Source of the DNA: an uncultured Treponema sp.
GTDB lineage: Bacteria; Spirochaetota; Spirochaetia; Treponematales; Treponemataceae
Reading direction: 5' to 3'
DNA length: 64,000 bases
Assembly: GCA_947170195.1 (NCBI GenBank)
Contig: CAMVSS010000001.1
Span: 2,371-66,370, forward strand
A program made the position numbers and the translations under genes. This document shows, one piece after another, positions 48,703 through 59,130 of this stretch; the first letter of the stretch is position 1; each line of letters opens with the position of its first letter. The notes under the pieces were generated by a model. That model searched no databases, was not told the origin of the DNA, and saw only the letters and a program-made list of their open reading frames with translations.

Positions 48703-49485
48703 ATGCAGTTTTTTGATACTCACGCCCATATCGGGCTCATTTATGAGGACCCGATAGAACAGTTACGCGTTATTCAGCAGGCTAAACAGGCTGGTGTTAC
48801 GCGAATTGTAAGCATAAATAATAGCCTTCACGATTTTAAGAAGGTTTACGCCAATATAAAATCAATGCCAGGTGTTTACCATGCCGTCGGTGTTGCTCCT
48901 GCCGAAGTCATGAATCCTGGAAAAGACTGGATTCAGACGATTGAGGAGGGATTGAAGCTTCCTAACGTCATCGCCGTCGGTGAATGCGGACTTGATTACT
49001 ACAAGCAGTTCGGAGACAAGCGACGTCAGACGGAATTGTTCATCACCCAGCTCGAAATCGCAAAAAAACATGATCTGCCGGTTATCATCCACAACCGGGA
49101 TGCCGGAAAAGACGTGTTCGATATCTTGAAGGAGCGAATTCCTGCTGCCGGTGCGATTTTGCACTGCTACGGAGAGAACGCCGCCTATGCAAAGAAATGT
49201 CTCGATGCGGGGCTGAACGTTTACTTCTCATTTGCCGGTAACTTGACTTATCGAAACGCAAGAAATCTTCACGAAACTGTTCTGAATATTCCTCATGACA
49301 GAATTTTGATCGAGACTGAAAGTCCGTTCATGGTTCCTGCTGAATATCGTGAGCGCAAGCGTGCGATGCCGGCATACCTACCGTCTACAGCCAGATTCTT
49401 GTCAGAGATGCTCGAGATCGACCTTGAGGAGCTGAGCAAGATTCTCTGGACGAACAGCTGTAAAATCTTCCGTCTGCCAGAATAA
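48703..49485 (+). CDS. tatD: TatD-family hydrolase
   Basis: DTHAH, AVGECGLDY, IIHNRDA, LHCY, ILIETESP. Confidence 0.92.
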   Translation: MQFFDTHAHIGLIYEDPIEQLRVIQQAKQAGVTRIVSINNSLHDFKKVYANIKSMPGVYHAVGVAPAEVMNPGKDWIQTIEEGLKLPNVIAVGECGLDYYKQFGDKRRQTELFITQLEIAKKHDLPVIIHNRDAGKDVFDILKERIPAAGAILHCYGENAAYAKKCLDAGLNVYFSFAGNLTYRNARNLHETVLNIPHDRILIETESPFMVPAEYRERKRAMPAYLPSTARFLSEMLEIDLEELSKILWTNSCKIFRLPE

Positions 49486-49489
49486 CTCG

Positions 49490-49603
49490 ATCAGAAAATC
49501 CAAACGGGGAGCGACAACGATTGCCCTTGATACATGGATTTTCTGATTCGTCTGAGAATTTGCAAGCATTCTCTTTTTTGCTTTAATCCCGCATCCTTGC
49601 GGG
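49490..49603. repeat. intergenic hairpins including a GGA-loop hairpin
   Basis: ATCAGAAAATCCA/TGGATTTTCTGAT inverted repeat; minus-strand CCCGC-AAGGAT-GCGGG at 49588-49603. Confidence 0.5.
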
Positions 49604-49618
49604 GCATTTTTTGAAAAC

Positions 49619-50656
49619 ATGAGTTTGTATCACCCTGTAAAAATCGGAAATCTTTCTCTTCCTGGAAATCTCTTCCTTGCACCTGTCGCCGGTTATTCTG
49701 ATCGTGCGTTCCGTTCTATTTGTGCTGAATGTGGCGCGGATTTTGCTTATACGGAGATGGTTAGCGCCGAGGCCCTGATTCGCGACAATGCAAAAACTGA
49801 GCTTTTGATGAAACGTGCTCCCAATGAAAATGCTTATGCCGTTCAGATTTTTGGCGGAAACGAGGAGTCGATGGCCCAGGCTGCAAGACTTGTCCTGTCA
49901 AAAACAAGCGCGGAATGTATCGATATAAACGGAGGCTGTCCCGTTCCTAAAATCATAAAATCTGGGGCCGGAAGCACGCTCACCAAGGAGCCGGAAAAGC
50001 TCTATTCAATAGTAAAATCTGTCGTTGATGCAGTTTCGGGTTTTGATGGAAACCGAATCGATAGAAATGAAAAAACTGTAAAGATGGAATCTCCTGTGCC
50101 GGTGACTGTAAAATTCAGGCTTGGTTGGGATGCTGATAATATCACATGGAAGGAATGCGCTGAGGCCGCAATAAAAGCGGGCGCTTCGGCAATAACGATG
50201 CATGGACGTACTCGTGCCCAGGGCTATGAGGGTAAGTCTGATTGGAATGCGCTTTCGGAGCTTGTGAAATTCGTTGGCGGAAGAATCCCTGTATTCGGAA
50301 GCGGAGATGCTTTTACGCCGGAGGACGCAAAGCGGATGTTTGAAGAAACTGGTGTTGATGCGGTGATGTTCGCGCGCGGAGCTATGGGAAATCCGTTCAT
50401 TTTTACGCAGACACGCTCCCTTCTGACGGATGGAAAAGTCGGTTCCGTTGATACTTCCGAGCGGATCCGAAAGGGATTCAATGAGTTCAGGCTTCTTGTT
50501 GCGGATCATGGTGAGGAATCGGCCTGCCGGGAAATGCGAAAGCGGTTCTGCGCATACACAAAGGGAATCGAGGGCAGTGCGGCGTTGCGAAAAGAAATTG
50601 TCGTAGCTGATACGGTCGCCGACTACGAGCGGATTTTTAAAGATTTCCTTTCGTAA
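49619..50656 (+). CDS. dusB: tRNA-dihydrouridine synthase DusB
   Basis: LAPVAG, TEMVS, DINGGCPVPK, VTVKFRLGW, HGRTRAQ, ARGAMGNPF. Confidence 0.93.
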   Translation: MSLYHPVKIGNLSLPGNLFLAPVAGYSDRAFRSICAECGADFAYTEMVSAEALIRDNAKTELLMKRAPNENAYAVQIFGGNEESMAQAARLVLSKTSAECIDINGGCPVPKIIKSGAGSTLTKEPEKLYSIVKSVVDAVSGFDGNRIDRNEKTVKMESPVPVTVKFRLGWDADNITWKECAEAAIKAGASAITMHGRTRAQGYEGKSDWNALSELVKFVGGRIPVFGSGDAFTPEDAKRMFEETGVDAVMFARGAMGNPFIFTQTRSLLTDGKVGSVDTSERIRKGFNEFRLLVADHGEESACREMRKRFCAYTKGIEGSAALRKEIVVADTVADYERIFKDFLS

Positions 50657-50789
50657 AATCAGTCTGCCCATTTGCTGTGCCTAGAAGCAGTTTCAAAAGT
50701 CTGTCACTGTTTGAAGCTCCCTCCCTGTTGTGTTTTGAAAAGACCGTACTTCCCTTGTAAAAATCAAAGATTGCGAATAATATAAATTT

Positions 50790-52379
50790 ATGGGATTTTT
50801 TCAGGCACTGACAGAATTTTTTGAATCGATATTCATGAGCTCTTCTCCTGAGGTAAAAAGAAAAACCGAGCTTAGGAGAATCGAAAATGAGCTGAAATCC
50901 CTGCCAAATCAAATTTTCAAGAACGGTTGCCTTCAGCCTAATTTTGCCGAACTTTTCAGAATCTTGTACGAAAATACCAAGCCTATCGAAGAAATCCTTT
51001 CCACGACAATCGCTGGTTCTGATGCGCATCGCAAGTCGCGTTTTGAAAATCAGCTTATAATTACCGGTTTTAGCGGAGAGACTCAAGAAAAGCTGGAATC
51101 CCTGAACTACGAAAATCGAAAAAAGGCCGTAATAAACTCAGACCTTTCGATGAACAAAGTGTTCGAGAGCCAGAAACGTACGCTGGAGTCAATCTTAAAG
51201 CAAATCTCCTCGCCTGAGTTCTACAGGATCGACGATACCCTTTCAAAAATAAAACAGCTCGCAGATATCTGCCGGTTCAACTACATAAACATCATCAAGG
51301 TCTTTGATAATAATTTTGACGGAATTACATCAACCTCGTTCGGAAATGTGGTTCCTGTCATGGCGGATCAAATTTCGGCTTTTATCGAAGACCTTTATTT
51401 TATTTCTGGAAATTTTAATGTTGATACTTCCGAAGTGCGGGCAATAATCGCCTTAAAGCAGCTTGCCACTGGAAAGCAACCGGATGAAAGTCAGGTCGAG
51501 ATGATAACTGGATGTCTTAAGAAGATAAATTCGGTTTTTGAAAACTACATCACTTCCGATGTGCTCAAAAAAATCATCTGTCTTGGAAAACGGGATGCGT
51601 CATATACGCCAAAAGTAGAAACCTATCAGTCAAAATCTCTTAAAAACTTCATCGAATATTTCCAGCAAAATTTCAACACGGACAGCGAGCGAATCAAGAG
51701 CGAGATAAAAGATTACACCGTTTCGTTCGAGATAAAGGAACTTTTTGGAGAAAAAAATCTTGCGCCGCTCAAAGTCTATAATAACGAGACGAATGATTTC
51801 TTAAGGCAGAACACGCCGTACTCATTTATCTGGATAACGCCTCTTCAGGTTTTAAAGAGTTTTATTCTGGATTTTATGCCGGAGCAAGTAAAATCTGTAA
51901 TCAACAATATTGTCATCGAAGGATTTTTTAACAATCAGGCTTACAAGTCAAATTTTTCTTCGACGGTTTATGCCTGTGACGAAATTCCAAAAATTATCGA
52001 GAATTTCGAAAGCTCTTTTGGTCGTGGCGAAGCTAATGACGAGGCTGAACTTCGTGGACTTGTTCTTGACAGCCGCCGTGATTCTGATTTTCTAAAAAAG
52101 GTCGGCGCAATGGTCGATAATATAAATGAGCAGGCGCATAAGATCGTGCAGGAAGAAACGACCAATCTTTATGTGTTGCACAAACAGATAGGAGATTTGC
52201 TTGTTGATTCTAAGAAATCTAAGCCGGCAATGGTTTCAAACATAAAGGTTCTTTTGGGATCGTCAAGAAACCGGGATGGTTCTGGAATTCTTGAGCAGCA
52301 ATATGAAAGCTGGACAAGTTTCCTCAAGATTATGAGGAATTATGCTATCGTCGGAGAAATAGGAAGCGAGCATGAGTAA
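50790..52379 (+). CDS. conserved spirochaete hypothetical protein (DUF5312-like)
   Basis: 529-aa helical soluble protein, translationally coupled to dgcA. The family name is recalled, not searched. Confidence 0.75.
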   Translation: MGFFQALTEFFESIFMSSSPEVKRKTELRRIENELKSLPNQIFKNGCLQPNFAELFRILYENTKPIEEILSTTIAGSDAHRKSRFENQLIITGFSGETQEKLESLNYENRKKAVINSDLSMNKVFESQKRTLESILKQISSPEFYRIDDTLSKIKQLADICRFNYINIIKVFDNNFDGITSTSFGNVVPVMADQISAFIEDLYFISGNFNVDTSEVRAIIALKQLATGKQPDESQVEMITGCLKKINSVFENYITSDVLKKIICLGKRDASYTPKVETYQSKSLKNFIEYFQQNFNTDSERIKSEIKDYTVSFEIKELFGEKNLAPLKVYNNETNDFLRQNTPYSFIWITPLQVLKSFILDFMPEQVKSVINNIVIEGFFNNQAYKSNFSSTVYACDEIPKIIENFESSFGRGEANDEAELRGLVLDSRRDSDFLKKVGAMVDNINEQAHKIVQEETTNLYVLHKQIGDLLVDSKKSKPAMVSNIKVLLGSSRNRDGSGILEQQYESWTSFLKIMRNYAIVGEIGSEHE

Positions 52380-53481
52380 TGAAAACTTAAATGCAAAAAC
52401 AGAAGTTTCTCAGGATTTGATAAGCCAATACGAGAAAAAAATCTATGATCTTGAGCAGCTCTTGGAGATTTCGCGTTCTCTTTGTTCAACGCTTGAATTT
52501 TCAACTCTGATTGAGTCGATTCTTTACACGTGCATGGGACAGTTCCGTGTTCTGGGCGCCGGAATCTTTGTATTGAATGCGCTTGACTCTGATACATTTC
52601 AGCTTGATTCAAATTACAGCGGAATGGATGTTGATAAAAGCATCTCCTACATTATTCCGTCTTCCGATCCGCTCATAAAACTCCTCGAAGCTCAGGGCGT
52701 GATTCTTACTTTGGACGAGCTTACGGAAATGATTTCCGACGATGCCGATATTTCAATGATTTATTCCCTTAAGCCGTCTCTGATAGTCCCGCTTTTGCAG
52801 CACAGTCATCTAAATGGAATACTTTTGCTTGGCGAAAGAATTACCCTGTCTGAGAATTCTGGTTACACCGATTACGAAAAAGAGCAGATTGCCTCAATAG
52901 CTTCGCTGGCTGCAATCGCGATAAACAACGCGGCTTTGGTCGAGCGTTCATCGACGGATATGATGACGCACCTGAAGCTCAAATATTTTTTCTATAATGT
53001 TCTTACCGACAAACTTGATTTCGCGCTTTCGAACGGCACGAATCTTTCAATAATCATGTTTGATATCGATTTTTTTAAGCGTTTCAACGATACTTACGGC
53101 CATGCCTGCGGAGATTATGTATTGCAGACTGTTGCAAGAATCATAAAATCCGGGATACGCAGCCAGGATCTGGCGGCACGGTACGGCGGCGAGGAATTTA
53201 CCGTACTGCTCAACGATACGAATAGTGATGATGCTATTACTGTTGCGGACAGAATCAGGAGCAAGATCGAGCAGTTTGATTTCTGCTACGAGAATCAGCA
53301 CATGCAGGTTACGATTTCGGTCGGAGTGGCAACTTTTGATGCAAAAGATAATCCTGTCACCGTTCCGAAAACGCTTGTCGATCAGGCGGACCAGGCGCTG
53401 TACTTCTCTAAAAGAAACGGCAGAAACAGAGTTACGTTTGCTGACTCAAAATTGATTTCAGAAATAAAAGTTGAAGAATGA
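52372..53481 (+). CDS. dgcA: GAF-GGDEF diguanylate cyclase
   Basis: GAF domain; DIDFFKRFNDTYGH..GD, I-site RSQD, active site RYGGEEF, SKRNGRNRV. Confidence 0.92.
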   Translation: MSNENLNAKTEVSQDLISQYEKKIYDLEQLLEISRSLCSTLEFSTLIESILYTCMGQFRVLGAGIFVLNALDSDTFQLDSNYSGMDVDKSISYIIPSSDPLIKLLEAQGVILTLDELTEMISDDADISMIYSLKPSLIVPLLQHSHLNGILLLGERITLSENSGYTDYEKEQIASIASLAAIAINNAALVERSSTDMMTHLKLKYFFYNVLTDKLDFALSNGTNLSIIMFDIDFFKRFNDTYGHACGDYVLQTVARIIKSGIRSQDLAARYGGEEFTVLLNDTNSDDAITVADRIRSKIEQFDFCYENQHMQVTISVGVATFDAKDNPVTVPKTLVDQADQALYFSKRNGRNRVTFADSKLISEIKVEE

Positions 53482-54137
53482 TGAATTTTTTGAGAAAAAC
53501 CTTCAGATATAAGTTTTTTAATGCTTCGTTGGGAATTATCGCTGTTAACGTCGTTGCATATTTCTTGATTTCCACATTTCATATAAACACTGCGCTTCTC
53601 TCGCTCAATGTGGCCGGCTTTGTCTACGGCAAAATGTTCTGGCAGGCGGTCACATACATGTTTGTGCACGGCGGAATGACGCATCTCTTCTTTAACATGC
53701 TCGGACTTGTGTTTTTCGGGCTTTCGGTCGAAAAGGCGATTGGTTCCAAGGAATTCCTCCTGATGTATTTTACGATTGGAATTCTGAGCGGACTTTTTTC
53801 CATCGCGGTTTATTATTTTTCGGGGCTTAGCGTCCTGAGCATGGGCTATGTTCCGCGCATATATTACGTCTCTTTGATCGGTGCGAGCGGTGCGATTTAT
53901 GGAATACTCTTTGCGTTTGCGGTCATCTTCCCGAAGACTTCAATCTATGTCTGGGGAATTATACCTGTTCCGGCTCCGATTTTGATTCTTGCCTACGCGA
54001 TAATTGAATTCTTGAGTCAGTTTTCCCGTTCTTCAAATGTTGCTCACATGACTCATCTTGCCGGTTTCGGATTTGCATGGCTTTATTTTGCCGTTCGGAT
54101 GGGAGTGAACCCGATTAAGATATGGTTAAACAGATAA
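53478..54137 (+). CDS. rhomboid intramembrane serine protease
   Basis: WQAVTYMFVHG..HLFFNM, GASGA, AHMTHLAG. Confidence 0.93.
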   Translation: MMNFLRKTFRYKFFNASLGIIAVNVVAYFLISTFHINTALLSLNVAGFVYGKMFWQAVTYMFVHGGMTHLFFNMLGLVFFGLSVEKAIGSKEFLLMYFTIGILSGLFSIAVYYFSGLSVLSMGYVPRIYYVSLIGASGAIYGILFAFAVIFPKTSIYVWGIIPVPAPILILAYAIIEFLSQFSRSSNVAHMTHLAGFGFAWLYFAVRMGVNPIKIWLNR

Positions 54138-54826
54138 TCCGGCTGATTTTTCGGAATTCTGCCAGGCTGATTTTTATTCTGACGGTCTCCGCATGTTTTG
54201 CTCAGGACGTGAGTCAGGAGCGGATGGTGAGATTTTCTCTTTGGGCTGCCAGAGATGTTTTTCCGGGAATCGAGGTTCAGGATGCTGATGAAAGCCTCTA
54301 TGCCCTGCCAGTTAGAAAAATTCGAGAGATCGCGCCTTTTATCCTTTCCGGGATGGTCTACGGATGGAATTTTGACTATACGCCCTACGACAAGGCTCGC
54401 AAAGTTCCGGAATTCTTTGAATTTACTCCGATACGCGAACTGAACGAATCTGAACTTAGCTCGGTTAAGTATACGTTCCCCTGGCTTGAGGAATCCAGGC
54501 TTTACACATGGGTTGAATATTGGCGTTCCGATGAGCAGATTTCGTATTACCGGTCATGGCTCGGCGTGAATTATCCTCACATAAAGGGGCGTGGATATGC
54601 GCCGCTCGAGGACGGATTTGACGGCATAAAGCAGGCTTGCGGCGAAGCATTGAAGCAGGCTGTCAGGGAGTACGAGCGCCGGCGGATTAAGACAAAGCCG
54701 AAAGAGATTTTGGGAAAAGCTCTGTTGTGCCAGCCCCCGCTGATAGGTATTGAGTCGGGCAGATATGTAGTTACGCTTGATTTTTTTATGGAATCAGATA
54801 GAATAATAGAATATAAGACATTTTGA
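54122..54826 (+). CDS. exported hypothetical protein
   Basis: Signal peptide; GMVYGWNFDYTPYDKARKV; overlaps the rhomboid stop. Confidence 0.75.
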   Translation: MVKQIIRLIFRNSARLIFILTVSACFAQDVSQERMVRFSLWAARDVFPGIEVQDADESLYALPVRKIREIAPFILSGMVYGWNFDYTPYDKARKVPEFFEFTPIRELNESELSSVKYTFPWLEESRLYTWVEYWRSDEQISYYRSWLGVNYPHIKGRGYAPLEDGFDGIKQACGEALKQAVREYERRRIKTKPKEILGKALLCQPPLIGIESGRYVVTLDFFMESDRIIEYKTF

Positions 54827-54851
54827 TTTTGAATGTTCGGAGGAATAAAAT

Positions 54852-55238
54852 ATGAAGAAATTATTTGCTGTACTCGCTGCTCTTTTTTGTTTCGGCTTTG
54901 TTTTTGCAGATGAAGTTGACGATTTGTTAAAAGAACCTCAGGATTCAATGACTCGTATCATCGTTCCGGAGGATCAGCACGTAGTCACAAAGACAGGAAG
55001 CGTAAAGATTGAATATACACCGCTTACCGATGAAGTTCGTATTTATTATACCTGTCTGGCAACGTCTTATGATCAGGGAGAGGCAATGAACACAGTTCTT
55101 GCTTGTCTCGAAGATTTCCAGAAAGAAAATCAGTACTATAGCTACAAATATCTTAAAAGAGATTCTGTAAAATACTTTAAAGACGATAAAAATTATAAGT
55201 GGGCAACTTACTATTGCTACTTAAAATTCTCCCGCTAA
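54852..55238 (+). CDS. exported hypothetical protein
   Basis: RBS GGAGG; signal peptide MKKLFAVLAALFCFGFVFA. Confidence 0.8.
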   Translation: MKKLFAVLAALFCFGFVFADEVDDLLKEPQDSMTRIIVPEDQHVVTKTGSVKIEYTPLTDEVRIYYTCLATSYDQGEAMNTVLACLEDFQKENQYYSYKYLKRDSVKYFKDDKNYKWATYYCYLKFSR

Positions 55239-55320
55239 AGAATTTGCAGATTTCTGCACAGAGAGCCGGCTTTCTTAACGGGAGCTGGCTCTTAAATTTT
55301 ATATACACACGGAACCCAAA

Positions 55321-56877
55321 ATGGACACTCAAAACGTAATTAAAAATCTTCACCCGCTTGAAATCAAAGTTCTTTTAAACTACACGGAAAAAGACGAACT
55401 TTCTTCAGAAAAACTCCAGAAAGAACTGGATTACAAAGAAGGACACGCAAATCAGGCGTTCAGCTGGCTCGGCGGAAAGGAACTTGTTTCTGTCGTAAGC
55501 AAGACACCGCACATGTTCTACGAGATTACGGACATCGGCCGCGCTTATGTAACTGAAGGCACTCCGGATGAGCGAATCGTAGCTTTTGTAAAAGAAAACG
55601 GTGCCAAAACCCTTCCAGAAATCGCGGCAGGAACAAAACTTGAGCAGAAAGATGTCGGTTCGGCATTCGGTCAGCTTTCAAAAGATGGCATCCTTAAGAT
55701 GAACGCAGAGAAAAAGGCTGAATATACGGGCAAAGAGCTTCCTGCAAGAATTACGGTTGCAAAGGCTCTGTTTGAACGGGCTGCAAAGGCAGAAAATGGT
55801 CAGCTCGACAACGCTTCGCTCAGTGACGAAGAAAAATCAGTAATCTCGGCTTTTGCAAAAAAACGAGGTGCCGCAGATTCTCCATTCAAGATTATTGAGC
55901 GTGAAACAGTTCTTTATAAACTTACTTCCGGGGCAAAAGAAGTCGTAGCTGCTCTCAAAAAAGCAGGAATCACCGGAAACGAAATCGGTGAGCTTACTCC
56001 AAAAATGCTTGCTTCCGGCGAATGGAAGAACGCCACATTCCGCGGATACAATATCTCAATTCCTCCAGCACGAATCATTCCTGGACGAACGAATCCGTAC
56101 GTTCAGTTTTTGGAGCACGTTAAAGATAAGCTTTGCTCACTCGGTTTTCAGGAATTTGACGGTCCTCTCGTAGAGACTGAATTCTGGAACGGAGACGCGC
56201 TTTTTATGCCTCAGTTCCACGCTGCCCGCGACATTCACGACGTATACCGAATCAAAAATCCTACCCACGCAAAGTCTATCGAGGAGCCTTGGCTTTCTAA
56301 TGTTGCCGCTTCTCACAAAGATGGTGGAAACACAGGCAGCCGTGGATGGAACTACGAATTTGATCACGAATTTACGCGCCGTCTGGTACTCCGCTCTCAG
56401 GGAACTGTTCTTTCTGCTCACCAGCTGCACAAAGCTGAAATCCCTGGAAAATATTTTGGTATCGCTCGATGTTTCCGATACGACAAGGTTGATGCAACTC
56501 ACTTGAGCGACTTCTATCAGACAGAAGGAATCATTCTTGGTGAAGAAGCAAATCTCCGAACATTGCTCGGAATGCTCGAAATGTTCGCAAAGGAAGTTGC
56601 CGGAGCTGAAGAAGTAAAATACGTTCCTGGTTACTTCCCGTTCACGGAGCCGTCTATCGAAGTTCATATCAAACACCCTGTTTTGGGCTGGTTTGAGCTT
56701 GGCGGTTCGGGAATTTTCCGACCTGAGGTTACGAAAGCGATGGGAATCGATGTTCCTGTTCTTGCCTGGGGTATCGGAATTGACCGAATGGCACTCATGG
56801 CTCTCGGTCTGAACGATTTGCGCGAACTCTTCAGTGAGAATATCGAGGAAGTTCGTTTGCGAAAAGCAAAATTCTAG
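55321..56877 (+). CDS. pheS: phenylalanine--tRNA ligase alpha subunit (long archaeal/eukaryote-like form)
   Basis: N-terminal winged-helix extension; FWNGDALFMPQFHAARDIHD, DATH, YFPFTEPS, GSGIFRPE, WGIGIDR. Confidence 0.97.
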   Translation: MDTQNVIKNLHPLEIKVLLNYTEKDELSSEKLQKELDYKEGHANQAFSWLGGKELVSVVSKTPHMFYEITDIGRAYVTEGTPDERIVAFVKENGAKTLPEIAAGTKLEQKDVGSAFGQLSKDGILKMNAEKKAEYTGKELPARITVAKALFERAAKAENGQLDNASLSDEEKSVISAFAKKRGAADSPFKIIERETVLYKLTSGAKEVVAALKKAGITGNEIGELTPKMLASGEWKNATFRGYNISIPPARIIPGRTNPYVQFLEHVKDKLCSLGFQEFDGPLVETEFWNGDALFMPQFHAARDIHDVYRIKNPTHAKSIEEPWLSNVAASHKDGGNTGSRGWNYEFDHEFTRRLVLRSQGTVLSAHQLHKAEIPGKYFGIARCFRYDKVDATHLSDFYQTEGIILGEEANLRTLLGMLEMFAKEVAGAEEVKYVPGYFPFTEPSIEVHIKHPVLGWFELGGSGIFRPEVTKAMGIDVPVLAWGIGIDRMALMALGLNDLRELFSENIEEVRLRKAKF

Positions 56878-56952
56878 AGAAAAAATCTCTTTTTTATCTT
56901 CCCGCACATTTTCGTGCGGGATATTTTTTTTACTACAAGGAGTTTTTGCTTT

Positions 56953-57243
56953 ATGAAACACTACATCATCGTAAAGTTCAATTCAGAAGTCGAAAAAAGC
57001 AAAATCGGCGAAATGGCTGTGGAAATCAAAAATCTTTTTGACAAAACCAAAGAGATTGATGGCGTGCACGAAATCTCCGTCTACAAAAATTGCATAGACA
57101 GAGATAATCGTTACGATCTTATGATTGAGATGGATATGGAAAAATCAGCTCTGACAGCCTACGACGAAAGCAAATGGCACGCACAATGGAAAAAAGAGTA
57201 TGGCCATCTGCTTGCTTCCAAAACGATTTTTGACAGGGAGTAG
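56953..57243 (+). CDS. Dabb-family stress-responsive alpha/beta barrel protein
   Basis: MKHYIIVKF..YDLMIEM..ALTAYDES.WH..IFD; likely ATG at 56953. Confidence 0.75.
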   Translation: MKHYIIVKFNSEVEKSKIGEMAVEIKNLFDKTKEIDGVHEISVYKNCIDRDNRYDLMIEMDMEKSALTAYDESKWHAQWKKEYGHLLASKTIFDRE

Positions 57244-57288
57244 CTGATATAGCTGATGGCGTTCTGTCAGTTTTTTAGACAGCCGCTG

Positions 57289-57693
57289 TTAGAATTTCGA
57301 GAAGTCCGGTGCTTTTGCTTCCTCTTTTGGTGCATCTTCACCGGATTTTTTTTCGGCGGATTTGTTTTTTGAATCCGTCTTTTTCTTCTGCATCATGACT
57401 TTGAAAATCGTCTTGTCTTCTTCTTTTGAGTCCGTGCCGGTTGCGGCTGACGTCGGTTTTGGTTCCGGTTTTTCCGCTGTCTTGGAAAGTTTTTTGTTTC
57501 GGCGGATTGTAAACGGCAGTACGACAAGTGCACCGCAGAGAAATGAGACCAAAATTGTTATGAACACAGGGATATCTTCGAATTTTTTGTAGATAAAGTT
57601 TATATTGCAGCTGTATTCTTCACCGATGTTGAATCCGCAGAAGATGGTGATTGCGACGAGCAATATGATGGTTCCGATAAGTTTTATAGGCAT
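57289..57693 (-). CDS. LapA/DUF1049-like small membrane protein
   Basis: Two TMs (F.GFN..INF..IPVFITILVSFLCG) plus a K/E-rich tail; downstream of miaB. Confidence 0.65.
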   Translation of the reverse strand: MPIKLIGTIILLVAITIFCGFNIGEEYSCNINFIYKKFEDIPVFITILVSFLCGALVVLPFTIRRNKKLSKTAEKPEPKPTSAATGTDSKEEDKTIFKVMMQKKKTDSKNKSAEKKSGEDAPKEEAKAPDFSKF

Positions 57694-57703
57694 AATTTCC
57701 CCC

Positions 57704-59098
57704 TTATTCGTTGACTATGCTTCCTCTAAAAGTATTTCCATTCAATGACTCGATTTTGACTTTTACGAAATTTCCGAGCAGTTTTTTGTCTCCGGCAAAT
57801 GCGACGCGTTCATTTTGCTCGGTTTTTCCGAGAAGCTCATTTTCGTCGTTGCGGGAAACGATGTCGGCGAGCACTTCGATTGTCTCTCCGACGCGTTTTT
57901 GCATGACTTCAGTTGTGTGCTTTGACTGCAAGTCGATGACTTTTGCGAGGCGCGCTTTCTTTTCTTTCAGCGGAATCTGATTTTCATATTTTGCGGCAGG
58001 AGTGCCTTCGCGCGGGTTGTAGTAATACATGAAAGCAGATTCGAATTTGACATCTTCCATTAGGGAAAGAATATCCTGGAACTGTTCTTCCGTTTCGCCC
58101 GGGAAGCCGACCATCAGGTCGGTGATGAGCTGGACTTTCGGATCGGCGGAGCGGAGCTTTTTTGTCAGCTCAAGGAATTGCTCGCGCGTGTTCTTGCGGT
58201 TCATGCGGCGCAAGATTTCGTTGTTTCCGTGCTGGGCGGCGATATGGAAGCCGCGGCAGATGTGAGGATTTCGCTTTATGACTTCGATCAATTCATCAGA
58301 AAAATCATTCGGATTGCTTGATTCGAAGCGGATCCACTTGATTGTAGATTTTGTCTCGTCGATGTGATGGCAGATTTTTTCGAGCAGCTGCGGGAATGTA
58401 GTGCCGTCTTCGCCGCGATAAGCGTTTACATTCTGACCGAGAAGAGTGATTTCCTTGACGTTTGCTTTTGAGAGAAAGTCGATTTCTGCGAGAATCTGGT
58501 CGATGCGGCGGCTGATTTCCCGTCCGCGTACATAAGGAACGACGCAGTAGGTACAGAAGTTGTTGCAGCCATGCATGATTGGGACGAATGTTGAGAATGC
58601 GCCCTGCTCGTATGAGTTTTCGGCAAATGTGTAGACTTCTTCTTCCTCGATTTGGAATGGTTCACGGCTTTCTTCGACGGCGCGGATTATTTCACCGAAT
58701 TTGTATTTTCCGAACGTGCCGACAACATAATCCACGACAGGGTAATCTTTTTTAAGATTGTCGAGGAGGCGTTCTGCCATGCATCCCATGACGACGAGCG
58801 TGAGCGGAACAGCGCCATTTTTCTGAGCAAATTCTGCGGCGATTTTCATGTCTTCGATTCTGCCGAATTTTGCGTTCGGATCGAGCATTCGGACTTTCTT
58901 TACGCCGGAAAAATAACCGAGCCTGCCTAAAATGCGCTGTTCAGCCGTTCCACGAACGGAGCAGGTGTTTATGATTACAAGATTTGATTCTTCCGGATGT
59001 TCTGCTTTCTGCCAGCCGCGTGCGATAAGCAGCTGTTCAACGCTGGCACTTTCTGCGATGTTCATTTCGCAGCCATAGGTTTCAAAAAAATATTTCAC
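57704..59098 (-). CDS. miaB: tRNA-2-methylthio-N6-dimethylallyladenosine synthase
   Basis: TYGCEMN, NTCSVR, GCMAE, radical SAM CNNFCTYC, LLGQNVNAY, TRAM domain. Confidence 0.96.
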   Translation of the reverse strand: MKYFFETYGCEMNIAESASVEQLLIARGWQKAEHPEESNLVIINTCSVRGTAEQRILGRLGYFSGVKKVRMLDPNAKFGRIEDMKIAAEFAQKNGAVPLTLVVMGCMAERLLDNLKKDYPVVDYVVGTFGKYKFGEIIRAVEESREPFQIEEEEVYTFAENSYEQGAFSTFVPIMHGCNNFCTYCVVPYVRGREISRRIDQILAEIDFLSKANVKEITLLGQNVNAYRGEDGTTFPQLLEKICHHIDETKSTIKWIRFESSNPNDFSDELIEVIKRNPHICRGFHIAAQHGNNEILRRMNRKNTREQFLELTKKLRSADPKVQLITDLMVGFPGETEEQFQDILSLMEDVKFESAFMYYYNPREGTPAAKYENQIPLKEKKARLAKVIDLQSKHTTEVMQKRVGETIEVLADIVSRNDENELLGKTEQNERVAFAGDKKLLGNFVKVKIESLNGNTFRGSIVNE

Positions 59099-59130
59099 GC
59101 TTATAATATAGCTGTTTTTTGGGGAAAATT

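Noticed and set aside
55239-55320. T-box riboswitch upstream of pheS (or of proS at 22425-22620)
   Set aside because: No T-box consensus (AAGGTGGTACCGCG-like) is seen and the pheS leader is too short; only simple hairpins are present.
55321-56877. Archaeal-type long PheS without adjacent pheT as a novelty
   Set aside because: Already known for spirochaetes.
56137-56961. 274-aa antisense ORF over pheS (similarly 50006-50671, 62510-63316, 29814-30404)
   Set aside because: Shadow ORFs opposite well-supported genes, with no recognisable motifs.
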